NCBI GenBank assembly: GCA_905178155.1
Contig: CAJINV010000004.1
Coordinates: 1,458,467 to 1,517,480, forward strand
Origin: Amoebophrya sp. A120
Lineage: Eukaryota > Protista > Dinoflagellata
Reading direction: 5' to 3'
DNA length: 59,014 nt
Positions 56,087 through 59,014 of the stretch are shown here, in pieces. Both the position numbers and the translations under genes were made by a program. The first letter of the stretch is position 1, and each line of letters starts with the position of its first letter. Below the pieces are notes generated by a model that did no database searches, was not told the DNA's origin, and was given only the letters and a program-made list of their open reading frames with translations.

Positions 56087-56240
56087 TATGGATTGCAAAT
56101 ATGTCTGGGTCTGGAAACTTGTAATGCTAAAAGTGAATGATAGACGCACTGCAATACGCAGCTATGCATGACAAATTTTTTGGCTGCCATGTGTTCCGTA
56201 TTCCGCATGGTAAACTGCGTTTTTGCATGACAGGAGAAGG
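56087..56240. mobile_element. Left half of a family A introner, interrupted
   Basis: Left TIR plus body similar to 20912-21150; no right TIR in the window. Confidence 0.8.
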
Positions 56241-56250
56241 ATTCGCAGGA

Positions 56251-57846
56251 ATGTCCGACGCGGACATCGACGACCTGGAGGACAGACAGGACGCGGACAC
56301 CGCGCTGATAACGGCCGCAACGGACGGGGCGGCGACGAGGCTACCGCCGTCGAGCGACTTGAGAGTAGAGGGCTTTGTTCCAGATCGAAGCGACCAAGGC
56401 TCCCAGCCGTCGCAGAGAGCCGACGATCGCACAAGTGTCTACTTGTGGACGACCACTGACGGCGCGGGACTAGTCTGTACGGCGCGGATGAAAAACACGG
56501 CAACTGAAATCCGACTACCCCTCCAGTGTAGAACGAAGAGCGCGCACCTGAAGACCGAGGTAAGGAAGAAAGAGCAGAGATTCCTTGCGTATGCGAACAA
56601 CGTAATATGGGCAATGCCGATCCTGGCGGCAAATCTTGCAGGACCGACACCACGCGACACCCTCGTCTTTCACCTACAGAGCTACCAGGTACTTCTTCAG
56701 GCGACACGAGGCCCGATGAGACAGAAGCAAGGAATCCACCTAGACTTGGTCGAGAAGATCGAGGACCTGCAAGGACTCGGACATCGGGTCGTCAAAGGTG
56801 GAAGCAGCGAAGCAAGGACGCTCGACACGAAGTGCCAATGCTCAGAAATCAACCTGCAGTACATAAACGTCGCCGGACACGACAAAGCGGCCGAGTGGTT
56901 TCATTTCGATTTTGGGGACGATGCGCTACCGGGAATCCCCCCCGTGGTAGAGTGGCCACCGATGTCGATGAAAGAGCGGGCAGAATTTCTGACGAAAGCG
57001 TTAGAAAACGTTGGAGCGCGAACACGAGCAGAAGAGGCACCCCCGAGAGACGAGGAGGCCGAAAGAGGCGCGCAGGCAACGCAGGGACAAGAGACCGAGG
57101 CGGTGGGATCCCCACCGACACCGCGCCAGCTGTTCAACACACCCAAAAACGGAAACAGCGGGCAGGAAGAGAGAACAAGCCAAGGCGGCAAGCGGAACCC
57201 AAGCGGAAGCAGGCAGCCGAGCGGAGAAGCAGGTGCGCAACAGACGCACGGAGGCGCCGCGAAGGAGAGCGAAAACTCCCCAGGAGCAAAAAGGGCAGGC
57301 GCGGAAGAGCAGGTCGGCGAGAAACCAAAGGACGACAAAGACGGAAAGCTGCCGGACGAGCCCAGACGAGAGGCAGACGAAGAGGCCCAGCGGTGTAATT
57401 CGGAAAGGAAAAACACAAAAGCTGAAAACACGAACGCAGAACCAGTCTGGAAGCCACAGAGGAACGAGGCAGCGGGCGACGATGAAGAGCCGGAAGCTAG
57501 AGGCAGGAAACGACGAGAGTCGTCACCGATCTGGAAACCACCAGCGAAAAAGCGAAAGCCGGCCCATCTGTCGCAGTTCTCCAGCGTCACGGACCTGTTC
57601 GGACCCCTAGGCGCGGAACTTAGGGACAACATGTTCGGCAGCTCAGCCAGCTCCTCGCGGCCAGCGCAGCCACAACAACAGAACCCCCCCACGACAAAGC
57701 CCCCCCATGCCGAGAAACTTGGCAAAAACCCCCCCCGCACCGACCCCCACTCAGCAGACGTGCGACGACCAGCCGCTCACAGTGCGCGGACACCAGCCAG
57801 GAAGTCACGGGGATCGGAGGAGAAACAAAAAACACCACAGGACTAA
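56251..57846 (+). CDS. Intron-free orphan ORF (about 531 aa), probably part of a nested mobile element
   Basis: Long open frame, purine-rich, disordered C-terminal half, no introners; no recognised domain. Confidence 0.5.
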   Translation: MSDADIDDLEDRQDADTALITAATDGAATRLPPSSDLRVEGFVPDRSDQGSQPSQRADDRTSVYLWTTTDGAGLVCTARMKNTATEIRLPLQCRTKSAHLKTEVRKKEQRFLAYANNVIWAMPILAANLAGPTPRDTLVFHLQSYQVLLQATRGPMRQKQGIHLDLVEKIEDLQGLGHRVVKGGSSEARTLDTKCQCSEINLQYINVAGHDKAAEWFHFDFGDDALPGIPPVVEWPPMSMKERAEFLTKALENVGARTRAEEAPPRDEEAERGAQATQGQETEAVGSPPTPRQLFNTPKNGNSGQEERTSQGGKRNPSGSRQPSGEAGAQQTHGGAAKESENSPGAKRAGAEEQVGEKPKDDKDGKLPDEPRREADEEAQRCNSERKNTKAENTNAEPVWKPQRNEAAGDDEEPEARGRKRRESSPIWKPPAKKRKPAHLSQFSSVTDLFGPLGAELRDNMFGSSASSSRPAQPQQQNPPTTKPPHAEKLGKNPPRTDPHSADVRRPAAHSARTPARKSRGSEEKQKTPQD

Positions 57847-58449
57847 GTCAAGCGAGCAAGGCTAGCGGTCAACTCGAAACTCAAGAGGAAGACTTGCCTT
57901 TAAAAAAAAAAACAACAAAAAACAGGGACAGCTTCGTTTTTGTAAAACAGCAGAAATTTTGTTTTTTTTTTTAAAAAAAAAAGGGAAAAGATACAGCAGC
58001 TCCGAAGGGAGCTAGTGAGGCGCACACACAGCCGAACGACGGAAAACTGGAGCTCTACAGGAGAATCGCAGGGGGGAGGCTGTTCCGGCGGAGTGAAAAA
58101 GAAAAAGAGAAAATCTAAAGTAACAAGATGGCGCGCTACTCGTTCGTCCCCCCACGACAAAAACTCGGACCCCGAGTTCTCTTTGCGCCGCTGCTACGAC
58201 GAGCACCACAGCCACGACGGAAGGGGGCGGAGCGGGCCGACTAGAAAAGAGAGAGAAAAAAGGGGGACGAAGAAGACAAGTCCGAAACTACTAATCACCC
58301 CATGCGAGGCCACCTGTGCTAAAATTCCAGTGGAATTTGGCCCAACTTTGCCTGCGACCATGGAAGTGAATAGACCCGCCAACTTTTCATATCCAGCAGT
58401 AATCCGCCGAACAGTCCCAGTGCCCCCCAATATGGTGGGGGCGAGAGGC

Positions 58450-58887
58450 ATGTATGAGTTTTGCGATGTATGAGCCTCATACATCGCAAAACTCATACAT
58501 CACACATCGAAGATTTGAGGAGAACGACCTTTCGAACATTGTACATCATACATCATACATCGCAAATTCTGCGATGTATGTACCTCCTACATCATACATC
58601 AAACATCGCAAATTCTGCGCGGTAGGTACCTCGTACATCATACATCATACATCATACGTCGCAAGTTCTGCAATGTGACACATCCATGCGCAATGTATGA
58701 AGCATCAATGTATGATGTATGATGCATCAATGTGTCATACGTCGTACATTGATGTATCCAATTTGCAATGTATGATACACCAATGTACAGTGTATCATAC
58801 ATCGTGCATTGATGTATCCAATTTGCAATGTATGATACACCAATGCACAGTGTATCATACATCGCACATTGATGTATCCAATTTGCA
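58450..58887. repeat. Palindromic CATACATC/GATGTATG repeat array
   Basis: Perfect 25-bp-arm palindrome at 58450-58500; 60-bp tandem units at 58751, 58811, 58871 with internal hairpins. Confidence 0.85.
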
Positions 58888-59014
58888 TCCCGCCCTTGTA
58901 GGGAAGGGAGCCCATGTGCTCGGAGCACAAAAGTGCTTGGTCTGTCTTTAGGACCCAGCAGATGCCAGGACCGACTGGCAACGCGCTCAGAGTGAGACAA
59001 TGTATCCGCCTCAT

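Noticed and set aside
1-56120. Recurrent 30-bp ATGTCTGGGTCTGGAA repeats as a CRISPR array
   Set aside because: They are inverted pairs about 250 bp apart, dispersed in eukaryotic exons with TSDs; there are no regular spacers and no cas genes.
55-56208. Many short ORFs sharing SNAKMSGSG / FQTQTFLHLI / PDPDIF / KCKNVWVWK peptides as a protein family
   Set aside because: These are translations of the introner TIRs in different frames.
56901-57740. Minus-strand 279-aa ORF
   Set aside because: Antisense shadow of the purine-rich + strand ORF.

Overview
Eukaryotic, gene-dense window, most likely from an alveolate. The intron biology matches what is published for the parasitic dinoflagellate Amoebophrya, but that assignment is inference. 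All reconstructed genes lie on the + strand: a Thr-rich mucin-like membrane protein, a small low-complexity protein, a SNF2-helicase/RING (RAD5/RAD16/SHPRH-like) protein, a small Lys/Glu-rich protein, an EF-hand protein, a C2-domain multi-TM protein and a coiled-coil protein. The dominant feature is about 70 MITE-like inserts of roughly 150-360 bp in at least 9 terminal-inverted-repeat families. Almost all start TA(T), end (A)TA, are flanked by a 5-nt target-site duplication and sit in coding exons. They lack GT-AG ends, yet removing the element plus one 5-nt copy restores the reading frame and conserved motifs, so they behave as non-canonical introns (introners). They occur in both orientations, share an internal TTGT[CG]ATGC motif across families, and once occur as a tandem pair with a zero-length exon. 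An intact non-LTR retrotransposon (APE-RT-ZnF, single 2148-aa ORF) appears to be nested inside one old introner. It carries a candidate GT-AG intron whose splicing would switch it from the polyprotein to a short ORF1 protein. All exon joins were traced by eye; no transcript data were available.
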